Assembly: GCA_964035545.1 (NCBI GenBank)
Contig: OZ037768.1
Span: forward strand, 8,464,741 to 8,528,740
Source: Bugula neritina
Lineage: Eukaryota > Animalia > Bryozoa
Length of the DNA stretch: 64,000 bases
Reading direction: 5' to 3'
Below the pieces are notes generated by a model that did no database searches, was not told the origin of the DNA, and was given only the letters and a program-made list of their open reading frames with translations. Shown piece by piece: positions 47,501 through 62,195 of this stretch. Each line of letters begins with the position of its first letter. Position 1 is the first letter of the stretch. The position numbers and the translations under genes were made by a program.

Positions 47501-50500
47501 ATGGTGTTTCTTTCAAATTCCCATTTGTGTGTGGTATAGCTGAAATGCAGTATGTTATAGTTGAATTATGTCCCACTGTCACCTAGTCGTACTGCTTACA
47601 TTAAAACTTTTATTTTCTGATAGTCCCCTGTTAATTTTTTACAGTTCTTCACGTCAAGGCAGCATCAATGCAATATTTAAGTTAAGCAATTTTCAGACTA
47701 ACCTTTTAGTTTCTGGATTATAAGTTTTATAGAAAGATGTGGTGTTGGGAAATACTGCATCCTGCATGTTCATGAACACCATAAAGTAGGTGACACTACT
47801 CAGTGTCTGCTTAAAATCTTGGAACACATTATAATAAAATGCAAGCTCTGTCCAGTGCTTCCACCATGCTAAAGACGCATCTTTCAATCTACAGCTGGTG
47901 TGTGAACTGTTCCACCCAGGTTTCAGCTTGTTCTGTTGAAAAATCCATGTGTTGAAGCTGGACAACAGTTATCAATTTAATTTACAAATAGTTGTAATGG
48001 TTTACTACCTACTTCTACCAGTCTGAGTAGGGTAGGTAGTGTTATGGTTGTAATGAACTTCTTTTAAATAATGAAGCTATACTATTGTATGTAGAAAATA
48101 TAATTATGCCACCAGTGGGTTTTGAATTCTTACAGTACACCAGCTTGCTTAGCAGTGTGGAGTGAGCAAGCCAAATTCATTTCACTACATTTTAGACTAA
48201 CCATAAAAAATAATTGCTAGATAGGGAACATTTTGTGGACTCATTTCATTCTATACTGGGGGAGGGGGCTCTGTGCTAAAACACCAAACACATTGAGAAA
48301 AAATACTTGATGGTTGTTCTAAATCAGACTTCATTTTCACTCATTGAAATTCTCTTGTGTTTTGCTGCAAAACATAGGAAATGACAAGTTTTAGTTATTT
48401 TGCACTGGATAAAACAGCTGTAAGCTTATAGTAAGTTGTATTAAACTGCATTAAAATTGCAAAATAGACAAAACCTGCACTCCATCTACTGTATAGCACA
48501 ATTGTTATTGCACTAATAAATTGGAGTTATCTCTCCCATTTCCAATAGCACTATAATTGACCAGGCAAAATTTGCATAACATTTCATTTCCTGCGTTGTG
48601 ATGGGGTTATCTAGTATCATAATGGATAGAGGCTCATTCCAAACTGCTAAGTGATTAGATGTTTATGTATTGGTCAACTGATAATAAAAAACATACTGAT
48701 ACTCTAGCTTTATTGCTTACCAACCTCATATTTGCATGCATAAAAAGAAAATGAGGGTTTAGCTTCTCCTTTCCATCTAAATGGCACCCAGCCATTAGTC
48801 AAACAAGAACTCCAATCCATATCTGTTGTTGCTTCACTATATTCAACTAAAAATATTGTAGAAAATACAATAAATGTCAAAAAATGATTCATAATAAATC
48901 TCGACCCTCAGTAGTTTAAAGTATTTTTCCACGTTACGGTTTTCGCAATGCTTTTAATCTCCGTTGCGTCCCAGCCAATCTGCTGCTTGTACGTTCTGTC
49001 ACCAGTTAAGAGTAAATTTCATGATCATACAAGCAATAGCTTTAAGTTAAACTATTCTCACTTGGCACAATATAAACAGCAATTGTGCATTGCTGACTAT
49101 TTCAGCTACATAATTATGCATGGTTTTTGTAGATCATAGATGAGCTGGAGGCAGAAGTTACTCGTCTGGCTCATAAGTGTGCATCATCAGATGCTGAAAA
49201 TAAAGTATGTAGTACATTGTTTTGCTTGTTAGTTTATTATCATGTATCTGTGTGCTTTTGAATGTGCTATGGTGTTTTATACTCATATCCAGCATTCTAT
49301 ATTGTATTGTAGTCTCTTAAACTTCAAACCAATAAAGCTGTTGAAGCTAAAACTCAAGCATGTCTGAAAATGGAAAAGTTGGAAGTAGAGAAGCGAAATG
49401 CAGAACGGCAAGCTGATTCCGCAAATGAGGTACATGTTTGAAATTTTGCACGTTGTGCATCTAGTAACTTTCCTTTTTGTTCACCTATCAATAAGCTGTT
49501 TTGTATCTCAAATTTTTATTGTCTTGTAGCCAGTTTAATTAAATACTTGTTCATATATTCTCGTAGGAAGTTCGAAAATTAAAGCTCTTATGTAACGATA
49601 TGGAGAACAACGCACAAGACTTGGAAAGCCTTCTTAGTGAATATGAAAAAAATCAAGAAATTGGCATGAAGGAAAAGTACGTAAACTAACTTGCCATCAG
49701 TACAATTATATTTAATGATATGCTGCTGACATGTTATATTCAAGGATATATAAATATGACGCTAGATTTCCTGTATTTGTTTATGTTTATTAATTTTGCT
49801 GATTTTCTGTACTGTTTGTTGGGAATTAATTGAATTTTCAGCAGATTTTTTAAAAATAATTGATCTATTTTAGAGGAGTTTTGAATCGGGTCGTATGAAA
49901 TTAAAAGCAATTTGTGTTGTTTTGTAGCAAAGAGCTAGATGCTACTATTTGCCGTCTCCTCAACAAAGCAGAACGACTGGAAGCTTGTCTGCAAGCTGAG
50001 CGAAATCAACGGTAACTATTTGCATTGCTCACTTTCAGAGTCTGTAAAATCTCACTGCTTGCCTTACTTAAACATATGTTGGGTGGAACTACACTGTTCA
50101 GTGTGTTAATACTGCACCAGCCATGTTGACTGCTAATATGGTGCTCTGATGGCAGGCAAGCAATAGATGAAAGAAACGAGCGCAGCAAAGTGTCTATGCA
50201 GAGTCAGCTTGCATCTCACCGAAGCAAAGAAGAGAACCTTCAGAAGGAAGTGGCTCAGCAAAAAGTCAACATTGAGAGGTTGAGGAAACAGGTTGGTGCT
50301 TGGTCTATTATAACGTCTCTCTTGCTGTCAACTCTTATTTATGCTAAAATTACTTAAATTTAATTTAAATAAAAAATGGTAGGCTTCTTGTCGAACAAAT
50401 TTAAAACTTTATTTTAATGCACAACAATTGAGCTGAAATTGTATAATATGTAGATTTGTAATGCAGTCTATTCATTGTTTGATCTAGCATCAATCTTATT

Positions 50501-53500
50501 GTAAGCTGCTCTAAATTTGTTCTGTTTATACTGTCTGCTTAGGTGCGAACACTCGAGTGTGAAGCAGAGAAGCTAGAGATATCTAAGAGATCAGCCGGCC
50601 TCAACTTGGCTCAAGCCGAAGACGAGAATAAAAAACTCAAGGAAGAGGTAACTGGTTTATAAATCATTATTTTCACTAATTAATACATTACTCCAGCCAT
50701 ATCTCATTAAACTGTGGGTTCCAAAACCTCACTTCGTGACATAATAGAATACCAGATTTAACTTACGGATCCATTAAATTTGGCCATTCTGTCCCTATAA
50801 ACTCATATATAATCCACAAAACAGGAGTCCAAGCTCTTTTTATAACCTATGAAAGCTGGATCTGTGACATATGGAAGGAGCGCTGTATTTATGAAGTTCT
50901 TTTGATTTCTCTTAGATAAAGCTGCTCTACTACTACATAATGTCTTCATGGTAACATGTCTTGTATTGTGACAGGCCGCCACTTGGAAGACACAAATATC
51001 GAACTTGAAGGCAGCCAACAGTAAGCTTAGCTTTGACCTGGAGTTGCTGTTGGACAAGCTGGATGAGGTGACTGAGATGAAGAACGCTGTGGAGAACAGC
51101 ATGGAGAACCTAGTGGTACTAGCTTTTGTCTGTCATGTGTCAATATAGCTAACATATTCAGTATTGGTGCTCATAACTCTGCAAAGCAAAATATAGTTTG
51201 AAAGTTTAAGTTCTGGCAGCGCGACAGCATTGTAATTATTGTGTTTCCTGTTAATAGCTGACCAAAGAGCATGACCAATACAGGTCTGAGCAAACTCTCT
51301 CTCAACAGTCTAAGTTGATTGACTTTCTACAACAGAGGTATGAGGCTCCATTGAAGAAAAAGGTTTGTTTATCTCTTCTATCTATAGCTCATATTTATTA
51401 AAGTTTTTAACTTTGGTTATTACTGCATGATTGATATATGCAATTCTTTTTCCCATATTCCCTTATCTTTATTGTTCTTTTTTTCATAATTTTAGCTGGG
51501 TTATTTCAAAGCTGAATGAAACTTAGTTTTAATAGAATTGATTTGAAGTCTTTTTGGGTATATTGCTTCTGGTGAGACTTTTTTAGAAGCCATAGACATA
51601 TTTGACCCTACAGCAGCATATTGTATCTGCAGTTTATATTAGTTGTTGCATTTTATTATTCTATTTTAACCCCATGTATGGTATATTTACAGAGTGGCTC
51701 GAAATTGTTTCAAAGCAAGAGACGGGATGATCAGCATGATGGGTTTGCCCAGGCCTTGGAAAGTGAGAGGAGCAGGAGCAGAAAGCTTCAAGATGAAGTT
51801 AAAGAGTTGAAAACCGAGCTATATCAAACTAAAGTATCATGTATGTTGAGCTTTTAACTCTTTGTCTATGTTTAAAGGCTTTTAATATAGAAATATAGAA
51901 TTTATGACAGAATAATAAAATATATTAATATATAAATACTATGTAAATACAGTAAAAGGTAAGGGGGCATCATAACATACTGTACTGAGAGTCAGAATAC
52001 TTCCGAGTGAGTTATTTTTAACTAGGAAGTTCATGAATCAAATTACAAAAATGAAGTTTTCTAAAAAATTTACTAATAAATCTCACAATTTGTAATTTGA
52101 AAAGAGAGATTTGTCACATGGGAACCATTTACATATACGCATTACCTTGACAACGGTAAAATCTGTGTAAATACTGCAACATTTGCAACCCAGTAAAAGT
52201 ATGTCTTGGGTCAGTTCAATTGAAATTTGTTTTTTAATAAATGCTGATAAGTTTGAGTGAGGTCTGATAAATTGTAGCCATAAAAGGCAGCCGAGACCTC
52301 TCCCAGTTGTCTCAGACAAGTGAGGTTAGTAGAGACGGAGCTGTGGGCCAGGACTCTGGTGTCGTATGTGGAGCAGCAAGTAACAGTGTGACACCTGCTA
52401 AGTCCTCTCAAAAGACTATGAAGCACAATATACCTCACAGGTAGTTAACTCTTTAGATCTAAACACAGCGAAATTCAAATTTAAATTGTTCATATTTCTA
52501 AGAAAGCATTTATACCAGTAAATGTTACATGTATCATAACAGTTAGTCATTTCGATAATAACTGTTTTCAATTTGGTCTGATAATAGATATCCAACTTAG
52601 CAACTGGTACACTAAAAGCATAGTGAAGTAAATAAACATTTCAGTGTAACTAATAAAAGCTGTCAATTTAATTGCTGCCAGCTGCTGGTCACATTGGATC
52701 AAATGCTGCCAGAAAAATTTATTTTCAATGAATATATTTGAACCTTTAGGTTTACAGCATAGTTCATGTTTTTATATTGCTTTCACTGAACTCTTGGTGC
52801 TGTTCTAGACTTTCGGTTAGCTTAAACTGTCGGGCCACTAAGTGTGGAGTTTGCCAGAACAGTGTGATGTTTGGGAGACAGGCAGCCAAGTGTCAAGACT
52901 GTCATATAGTCACCCACGAGAAGTGCCGCACCAACCTGTCGGCTACCTGTGGCCTCCCCACACAGTTCATGCAGGTCTACTCCCAGGCTATGACCCAGAA
53001 AAGTCTGAGCTCTGCTGGCGGTGTGCTGGAGGCTGATTTGAAGCTGATTGAACTTGGAGGCTGGATGAAAGTGAAAGGGTTAGAGGCTATATTGTGTTGT
53101 GTCTATGCCATACCTGGTATATAGTCTTGTGAATGTGAAGGGAATTAGATGCCGTCTTGGCTTCAAATAGCAATTATTGCCACTCAACCAACTAATTAAA
53201 TAACTTGATTTTTGCTAAGGATGGTTTTGTTAGAGTCGTTTATTTTTGCAAATGTATGTTAGACAATTCACAGTTTCTGTATAAACATTCGTGCAGGCTG
53301 GAGGACTCATCTGCTTGGATGAAGAGGTTCGTGCTGTTGGAAAACAGATCTCTCCTTTTCTATTTATCTGACGATACGACATGTCAACCCTTGGAGTATT
53401 TTGATCTTCGAAAAGTTCACTTGAATCTTATCTCCGATGTCAAGTAAGTTTCTTTGTCTGGTATTCAACCCATAGCTGCTGCTTCTTCTGATTCTTCTAC

Positions 53501-56500
53501 TAAAACATACTTTTAGTGATTATTCGAGTAAACAAACTGTACGGAAAATACTCTTGTAGCCCAGCCGAGCTGATGACCACTGTGTCTCCTGATGATATGC
53601 CTTACATTATAAAGTTGGAGTTTAGCTCTCCTGTCATGCACAGGGTTATCTACCTGCTAGCAGCAAACTTCACAGAGAAGGAGAAGTGGGACTCCACTTT
53701 GGAAGCTATAATCAGTCATGGCTCAATGGCCACTGTGCATCAGGACACAGTAAGTTGATTCATCAAACTAAAGAGGATAGATAACTGAGTATTATATTGG
53801 ATAAATAAAATTTATTTAAGTTGAAAATCATAATAATGAGTAATTTATGTTAAATGTTTAGACTTTAGGCAATGGCAAGTCTCAGGATAATAGCACTGTC
53901 CTAGTAGGACATAGTTTCAAATTTCAGCAGCTAGTGTAATGTCAGTAATAGCATCTATCAGAATAGCTTCAGTGTCACAGTTAAAGTCCTCAAACTCATG
54001 GTGAAGAGCTGAGTCCTTAGCCAGCTTAAAATTCCCTTACCATCCTGAGTTCTCACAGAGTTGTGAGTCCCGGTAGCAGCAACAATATTTGCTTGTAGAA
54101 GCTCCAAGGCAATAGACTTGTGCAGCTGGCAGGAAGCAGCTTGGTAGATGTGAACTGCTGTCTGTTGATTGGAGAGAGCGACATCTTACTTCTCGGTGCT
54201 GCAGAAGGTCTCCTGGCTTGTCAACTCTCCTACACTTCTGAACCGTTGATCAAAGTTGAGGGGATTGGAAGTGTCTATCAGATGTCCAATCTAGAAATTC
54301 CAGATCGACTGCTGTTCATTGCAGGTATTCTGTGGTTTATGTGAAAAACTGTTTGAGCTAGCTTTATCGGTCAGCCAACCAAACTTGGGTAAAGCAAAGG
54401 TCTATACGTTTTTTCTCCAGATATTCTTTCAGGACTAGCTAGTTTTATAGAAAAATTATAATCCAATTGATGCTCTTTGGCATTCTGAATAACTCATTGG
54501 TTATGCTTATTAGATGTTTTGTGAATTTTGGCTCTCAAGTTTATTTTATGCTTTGTAAGTTGTGGCTCTCAATAATATTGCTACATAATTCAGCATTGCT
54601 CTTAGGGTAGGGCCTGATGCATCCCAATTGCCAATGCTTTATTGATGTCATGTGTTTTCAGGTCAAAAAAGATGGCTGTGTTTGACTTCCTACTCCACAC
54701 TCAGAGCCAAAATGTGTAGCACTCAGAACACCATCAGCGGTGCAGTCACTATGGTGGCTGACAAGATAGGTGACATCCACAATTGCAGTATGTTCAGGTG
54801 CAGTGAGCTGAATGGTAGATGTGCAGTTGTTGCAGCTACACCCACCTATATATCTGTGATATATTACTCTAACACTAAGAGAGAGTTCACAATAATACAG
54901 GTATTAGTGAAATCAATTCTTTTTCCAATTCTTATAATGATGTTTATAAAACCGTAGCGATCATGTAGCTTATATCACTAACCATGATGCTTACTAGCAA
55001 GTATACAAATGAACGTTTTTGTTGTTGTTATTGATCGTTGGTTCTTTTAATCAATAAAAGTTAGTGTGTTATTGCTCTGGTTTTTGGAGATGTATTGTGA
55101 TAAAAGCACTTATAGTTCTATATTGTAGGAGGTGAGGATCAGTGAGCCCTGCTCGTGTATCTGTTACACTCCTGACTTTGTGCTGTTTGGCACAGACACA
55201 GTGCACAAGTTGAGTGTGCAGAGTGGTAGCACTAAACCTTTCCTAAATCCTGATGTCAAACATGTTACTAGCTACAACTCATTTCCCATCGAGTTGCTGT
55301 GTGTTAGCAACACTGACTCAAGCAAGAGAGAATACCTCTGCTGCTTTACAGGTGAAGATGATTCTGTTGTTATCTTATAATCCTATTAATAATAGTATGT
55401 CATGACTGTCAGTTGTGTATGTTAATCGAGACATTCTTCAGAACTAGTATGTGTTTAGACTGTGTCAGGGTGGCACATGTTATACATTGTTTTACATTTC
55501 ACTTCTCTAAATAGATATTGCAGTGTGAAGACACTGGAACTGTGCAGCATAGCGTGCAGAGCTCTCAATCTAGTGACAATATTGCTATTCTTATGTTAGT
55601 TTCTTTTAAAATTGACATCCTTCATACTTAGGCCTCAAGCAGAGTACTAAAGCCTTTTACCTATGAAACTTTATACAGCATATAAAATGTGATTGTAGAT
55701 GTCGGTGTGTTTGTGGATAGTCAGGGTAACAGGACAAGAGATGAAGATATCCAATGGTCAGGCTTGCCACTTACGTTTGGTAAGTTTTGTTTATATTATT
55801 CTTAGAGTCATTTCTCTTAGAGCAGTAGTTGGGTCATCATTTTTAAAGACTCCTGTAATCACATTTCCCATACATTTTTATAGCCTACAGATCTCCATAT
55901 CTCTACGTGGTGTACTATAAGGCTATGCAAGTTATTGGCCCGCTGGAACAAACTGGATGCAATTGGTAAATATTGATCTGCTGCTTAATTGATGTTTTGT
56001 TTTAAGGCTTCTATTAGATGACAATATATTAAATTTCGGTTTATAATTTTTATCTTGCATATTTTCTAACAACTTCCCAAACTCAAGATCTTGGGTTGCT
56101 GCTGTTGTCATTCAAATTACGTGATTTTGAAGTAAACTGTGTTTAATTTATTCTTTTGCTAAACAGAATGGGTGGCTGATCAAACTTTGTTGAGATTGAT
56201 GTAATACTTTAGTGTGTGCTTTAAATAACCAAGTCGCTAATAAATATTGTCTTTAGTGGTTAAAACTAGAAATTTCGCATTTCCCTCATCATTTTTAGTG
56301 GGTTTCCTTAAACTTAACCAGTACCCTGGCACAATAGCAGCTTGGATGCTAATATTGATGTTATTTTTAGAGTGCCCTCCCCCCCCCCCCCCTTCTATTT
56401 TCTCTAGACTTTGACCATCAGTTGTATTATATTGCTGTTCACTTCTTTAGGAAAACTATGCAAGCATTCCTGAATATACAGTCACCAAGGTACTTGGGTC

Positions 56501-57337
56501 CAGCATATACTGATGGGGCTGTCTATGTAGCTAGTATTCAGGATGGATATACTGATGTGGTGGTTTTTAAAGGAAACCTTTCATTGCCTGGTGGATGTAA
56601 GCACTATACCAATGTTCAGTGCAGTGTGTGAGCAAGACAAGTTGTATGATGCACTAAGATCTTTAGTACATTGTGGTGTTCATTGGATACTTATTCACTT
56701 GCTAACTCTGCAACTACAGTATAGCTAAATATGATGTGACAAATTAAAACCAATGTTAAATACATGTTTTTCAGCATAGCACAGTTCATATCTGCACAAA
56801 TAAAACCACAAGTGTCTGTAAACCAATCCACAAGTGTCTGTAAACCAATAACAATTATTTAGATGAGTTTAAGTTAGTACCACATTTATTTAAAGTGCAA
56901 ATTTATGGTGACTACGTTTATCTAAGGCAAAGAAAAAAAGCAGATTCTCTGCTGGTCACTGTATCTACTATTTGCTTGGTTTAGATTCAGAATACCAGAG
57001 TGCTGATGAGTTGCTCAGTGATACAGATGGCAGTGATTCTAACTACCATTCTTTGGAAAGAAAAACTCAAAATTCTCTTCAACATAATAAAGAAAATCGT
57101 CCCAAGAATAAGATGCCTTCTATGGTACACAAATACCACGAGGCTGTTCTACGCACTGGTATAGGAATTAAGTCATCTAGACAGTTACAAGCAAGCTCAG
57201 AAACCTCTGTGAACAGCTCTAGTCAAGAATTAGCCAAGCCTAGAACACCCTTAAATTCGGACTATTTTAATAATATTTATGGTTCTGGGAGACAAAAAGA
57301 TGCATCAGCGTCGGAACCTCATCACACGGAAGTGTAA
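32539..57337 (+). CDS. CIT: Citron Rho-interacting serine/threonine kinase (sticky orthologue)
   Basis: Multi-exon. AGC kinase ([32 protein letters not shown]), long coiled coil, [19 protein letters not shown] plus C1 domain ([19 protein letters not shown]), PH, CNH, and C-terminal -TEV PDZ-binding motif. Confidence 0.93.
44928..46823 (-). CDS. Intact 3' exons of a nested gene in citron intron 44280-49132: sushi-like, about four EGF-like domains, TM, RG-repeat tail
   Basis: Exons 46823-46559, 46300-46104, 45788-45541, 45455-45243, 45101-44928 splice in frame without stops. EGF examples [26 protein letters not shown] and [15 protein letters not shown]; [22 protein letters not shown]. Confidence 0.75.
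46945..48892 (-). pseudogene. 5' part of the nested gene: intact signal-peptide exon followed by disrupted exons, including a C-type-lectin-like remnant
   Basis: [21 protein letters not shown] signal peptide (exon 48892-48721). Downstream exons have stops in all frames. An extra base in the run at 47320-47324 shifts FHWIG out of frame, and there are in-frame stops near 47170-47185. Confidence 0.55.
56806..56849 (+). repeat. Perfect 22-bp tandem duplication in a citron intron
   Basis: CCACAAGTGTCTGTAAACCAAT x2. Confidence 0.9.
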
Positions 57338-58607
57338 ACTGTCATTCAAAATGTTCTAAATTACGCTAAACTCAAAAAAATTTATGTTATAGATGATTAA
57401 TTTTGTACCCTTTCCAAGCACTTATTTATACATTTTTTAATTATACTTTTCATTATATGCACAAAATACAAATTTTAGTTTTGTTTCATAACTATTGATT
57501 GTTCTTTTAAAACTCAAAAACTTTCAACTGAAAATAAAATAGTGAATAAAAAATGGCCTGTATGCAATTTTAAAAATTGTCATTGTAAAATTTTCAACAA
57601 AATCACAAATTTAGTCAACATAAGAATATAATTGCGATAAATGCTTCGCTGCAGCATTGGCCAACCTGCTTCCTGACTGGATTCTAGTTGGAATTCAACT
57701 AATGGATTTCATACACTTATAATAAAGCATCTATCTAAATTAATACAGTCTATACAAATCACTGGATTTGTGTTCCCAGCTGGTGGTTTTAATCTTGGCA
57801 AAGGAGGAAGCAAAACCCATAATTAAATTCACAAGAACATTTTGAAGTAGGAGCTCATGACAAAAATTTTTACCTGCAACCACATTTCCAATTGTACTGG
57901 AACATTTTATATTTAGCCAACAGAATGAATATAATTTCATAAATCCAATACTTTGGATGAGACTATTTTATGCTTCTTTTCTCCTATCTTTGCAGCACAA
58001 GTTTGATAGAATATATATTTATCAGCAAAATTTATAAGAATATTTTATTTGATATTCTGAGATATTTTGTCAAGATGTTGAGTTGCCAGCTCTCACTTAC
58101 ACATAAACGAGTGTTACATAGTGATTTAGGATGTTATTGTATTAAGTGTATGCAAGTGAGTTAGATATACTGTTCAGCAGTTGAGATTTTTGAAGGAATA
58201 CTTTTGGTAAAAATGTTGTTTAACATGAATTGATGCGAATAGAGCTCGTCCACCATGTGAAAAAATAAATTGAAAACACTCATGCAGTGGAGTTAAATAA
58301 ACCTCTATGGTAGAGATTGGGCCTTTATAGTTGATGGACTTCTGCATGGAATAAACCCGAAGCTCATAGATTTATACTATGCTAGTAGATGCTGCAAAAA
58401 TTTAAATAACTAAACCAGATAATACATAAGAGTAAACGACACATCTAGATAAACTACTAAATCTAGTTCTGAATACGAATTTATTTAGTATTCACAGAAC
58501 ACTTGTGTAGTATTTATAGTACACTTGTACATTTTATTAACAAAATAAGCTAATCAACAAAATATACTTGATTCAAAATATAATACAAAATTTTAATATT
58601 TACAAAA

Positions 58608-61600
58608 TTACATTGGTTTCCTAGCACCAGCATTAGCCAAGCTATCAGCTTGTTCATTTCCTTCTATTCCACTGTGACCTTTCACATGTGTCTATAATCA
58701 TATATATCACAAGGAGGTGAAAACAATATTTATTAAATATGGAAAATTGCATTACAATGGAAAAACACAGCTGCAGCACTTAGTACTTACTTATTACTTA
58801 CCCAAGTAATTTTAACATCAGAACAGAGACGATCCAATCTTTTAAAATCTTCCATATTTTTCACAGGACCTCCACCTCCATACAACTGCCAATCTCTCTT
58901 CTTCCACCCAGAAATCCATTGGGTCATACCTTTGCGTAATACAATTGAAATTATAGAATTTACCACCAGTGTTTCATATAGGAACACCACCATATAGTGG
59001 ATAGTGGATTTCTTGCCTTTACTGTAACAGTCAGGGTTGGGGTAATTGTAATTTGTAATTGGTTGTAATTTACCAGCAGTGGATAATATATTTCTGGTCT
59101 CTACTATATCACACAACTACAAAACTGTACAGGTTTCACACTTTACATCAAACATTAATAAATGTGAACATTTCTGCGATATAATGCTGAGGACAGAATC
59201 TTATAGCAACTTACTATTAATCATAAACTGACTGTCTGTTCGGATTTCCAATTTGGTGTATCCTAACTCTTTGGCTTGCTCTACAGCTTCACAGGCAGCC
59301 TGCAATAAACAGCTGATAGTATAGGACAACTCCTGACAATATTCGTTAATGTGTCACTATTTCAGCAGGTTTATTGTCCTCAACATGAGAAGCTTTCTTA
59401 AAACAACCTCCCACATATAAAGAATAGTTATATGTGAAATACAATGCCCATGCTACCATTTTGTATATAGTATAATAGCATTAACCTACAGTTGCATCAT
59501 GGTGTGAGTATATACCTGTATCTCAGCTCGGTTATTTGTCTGTCTGCCAGGTAACCTCCGACTGAGATTCCTACAAACACACTCACATATAGACCCTTGC
59601 TCATACGTAACGTATGCACTGACTTCAAAAGCATACTTTGACATCATTCAGGGAAATAAAATGGAAATTTCCATAGAAATATGCGAGTGGGAAAAGATGA
59701 GGGCATCTTTAATACAAAATAAGGTATTCCTGCATGACTGGTGCATGTTAGTTACTTTGTGTAAGATATTATGAGAGAAAAACAACTAGGAACTTTATTT
59801 TAAAAGAGATAACTGACACAGCAAAACAGTTAAACTTTGGAGAGAAACATTTAATATGCAAACTGAGTCACTATTGTGTACCTTTTATCATTTGGACCCC
59901 ACCACACACCAATGCCAGCTTGAGCATTGCTTTTGCCATTGTTGAAGCAAGCACCATCAGTGTAAACGACTGGGACACTCATATCTGCTACAAGTGAAAT
60001 GATAAGAGTCAACTAGTTTAGGATTGAAAAATATTATCACAACCATTAGGTAATGCGTCTTCTATTAGTTTTTTATTAAGCAATGAGTCTGCATTAAAAA
60101 CACAAAATCTTACAAGCAATGAGCTAACTGTAGCCAACTACAAAAGACTTGAGTCAATGTGTCATTTTCATCACTTACTGCTGTCTTGAACTTTGGCTTT
60201 CTTGGCAGTATCATGTGTGACATCGTCACCCTTTCGTTTGGATGATGAACTGGAATGTGAATCGTCATAACCAAGTAGTTTAAGTAAGCTACTGACTGTA
60301 TTCTTGCACATGATGACATCTGCCTAAAACATTTATCAGCACCACTCTATGCAGACAGTTGACTTTAAAATGACATGAATACATCATTTAACTTTCGTCA
60401 AGAAAAAGTCAATGAAGTACATGTTATTGGAAATCTGCTCTATGGAAAAGTTAAAACCTAATCTCAAAAATCTTCTTGATCCCACAGCATTCAGGGCGAG
60501 CGTAAGGTGTAGCCTTCTTAATGGGGAGATGTAAATTAATTGATTAGTTGCTGACCATTTTGGGCTGGGGCCTCTACTAGCTTTGCTATTGGCTAATCAA
60601 AGGGCCCCATCATCATCCCCTTTAGGGCGAGACCTCATATTTTTCCTACTTCTTATAAAACTCTTTTGGTGAAAATGAAAAAAAAGAGTCAACTTTGAGC
60701 AAATTACGGGTAGCATGAGAAAAACTACCTTTGTTTCATTAAAGCCTGCTAATACAGCTTTGTTGTTTCTGAGATTGTTTGGTATAGAGTTGAGTTGCTT
60801 ATCTAGCATCACAACACCATTGGTAAGTGTTGTCGAGAGATCCATTAACATCTGCTTGCTTGTAGATGACCATTTCGTGTCTTGCTCAAAAGCTGAAAAC
60901 AATTACAATACCAAACTTATCAGCAAGATAAAGAAAAACCCATCCAACTACCTGAATCATCTATCAGATTCTAAACAATATACATTCTACATGACTACAT
61001 AATTATATGTTGAAAAGACAAACTTAAATCTGTAAATCACTGTACATGAGTTTTAATTTCTTCCTTTTCACCAAGAGTTGATTTACTGTAATTAAGGCTA
61101 GCTCCTGACTGCAATAAGAGGACAACATTGCTACAGTCTTGTAAGAATACATGAGAGCATGTCAACATGTTGTTAATACCTTGAACAGAATTGCTGCCTC
61201 CATTTACAAAGTCCCACGCCAGTTCTTCAGAAGCAAACTTTTTAAAAGCTGCGCCAGAAAATTTGCTGATTTGTTCTTGGCATTCACTCCTATAACATTG
61301 AGAATAGCAAAGTAGTAATAAAATTAAAACATTTTATTCACGACATTTATTGACATCCTATGAACTAACAGGTAATCAAATAACACATTCCTCTATTCAA
61401 CTTAACCATATGAGTCATATGCCCTTTTGAGTGGCCATCACATAAGAAACTTATGCTGGTACAGCAACATATCAAATGTAAACAGGTTAAGCAACAATCA
61501 TTCAGTGAATGTGTGGATGGAAACGAAACAAGGTGTTTTTTTAGACTTATAAACTACAATTTGTATCATACACTTGTGATGTCAACTTAATGGAATAAAA

Positions 61601-62195
61601 ACTTTACCAAATTGAAGGCGATTCTTCAGCAAGGTAATAACTTTAATAAAATATATTCAGGTAAAAAGCAGTGAAGCTTAAACGCTTTTGGTAAGTAGCA
61701 GAAATTTTTAGCAGAAGTCAAAATTTCCATAATACTAGTTTATTCTAATATTTTTTCAAATATACTAAGTATTTAGAAGGCATAGAGTAAGCCTGAGTGA
61801 TCAATGCTCAAAAAGGTTCAAAACATAAAATAAAAATATCATCGGCAGCAATTAATTTCCATTTGAATTATGTAACCGTTATGCCATATAGCTAAATTTA
61901 GCTTTATGGAATAAATGCAGTGAAATTTAGATTAAGTCTATAAAAAGTCTGACATCTTATAGATAGGAATTACACATCACAAAATTTGTTCAAAAATTTT
62001 TTATTGAGACCTAGTTGAAGGATCTTAGTCTAATTATACAAGGCATCTCTTTCAGTAGGTGCCTGACCAATAAAATGCAACGCTTTAGAATATTCATTTG
62101 TGAAATCAATAGAGTCATAAGTTATGCCCACCCAAAACTTACCATGAGTTATAGACACCAGGTACTCGACCTTTTTTAACAGCGTAGAATTGCAT
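58608..62195 (-). CDS. RNASEH1: Ribonuclease H1
   Basis: Hybrid-binding domain MQFYAVKKGRVPGVYNSWSECQEQISKFSGAAFKKF; catalytic VYTDGAC, QTNNRAE, IRTDSQF, HVKGHSGIEGNEQAD; nine coding exons in frame. Confidence 0.95.

Noticed and set aside
57600-58420. Gene between citron kinase and RNase H1
   Set aside because: Only short ORFs with no recognisable motif or consistent exon chain.
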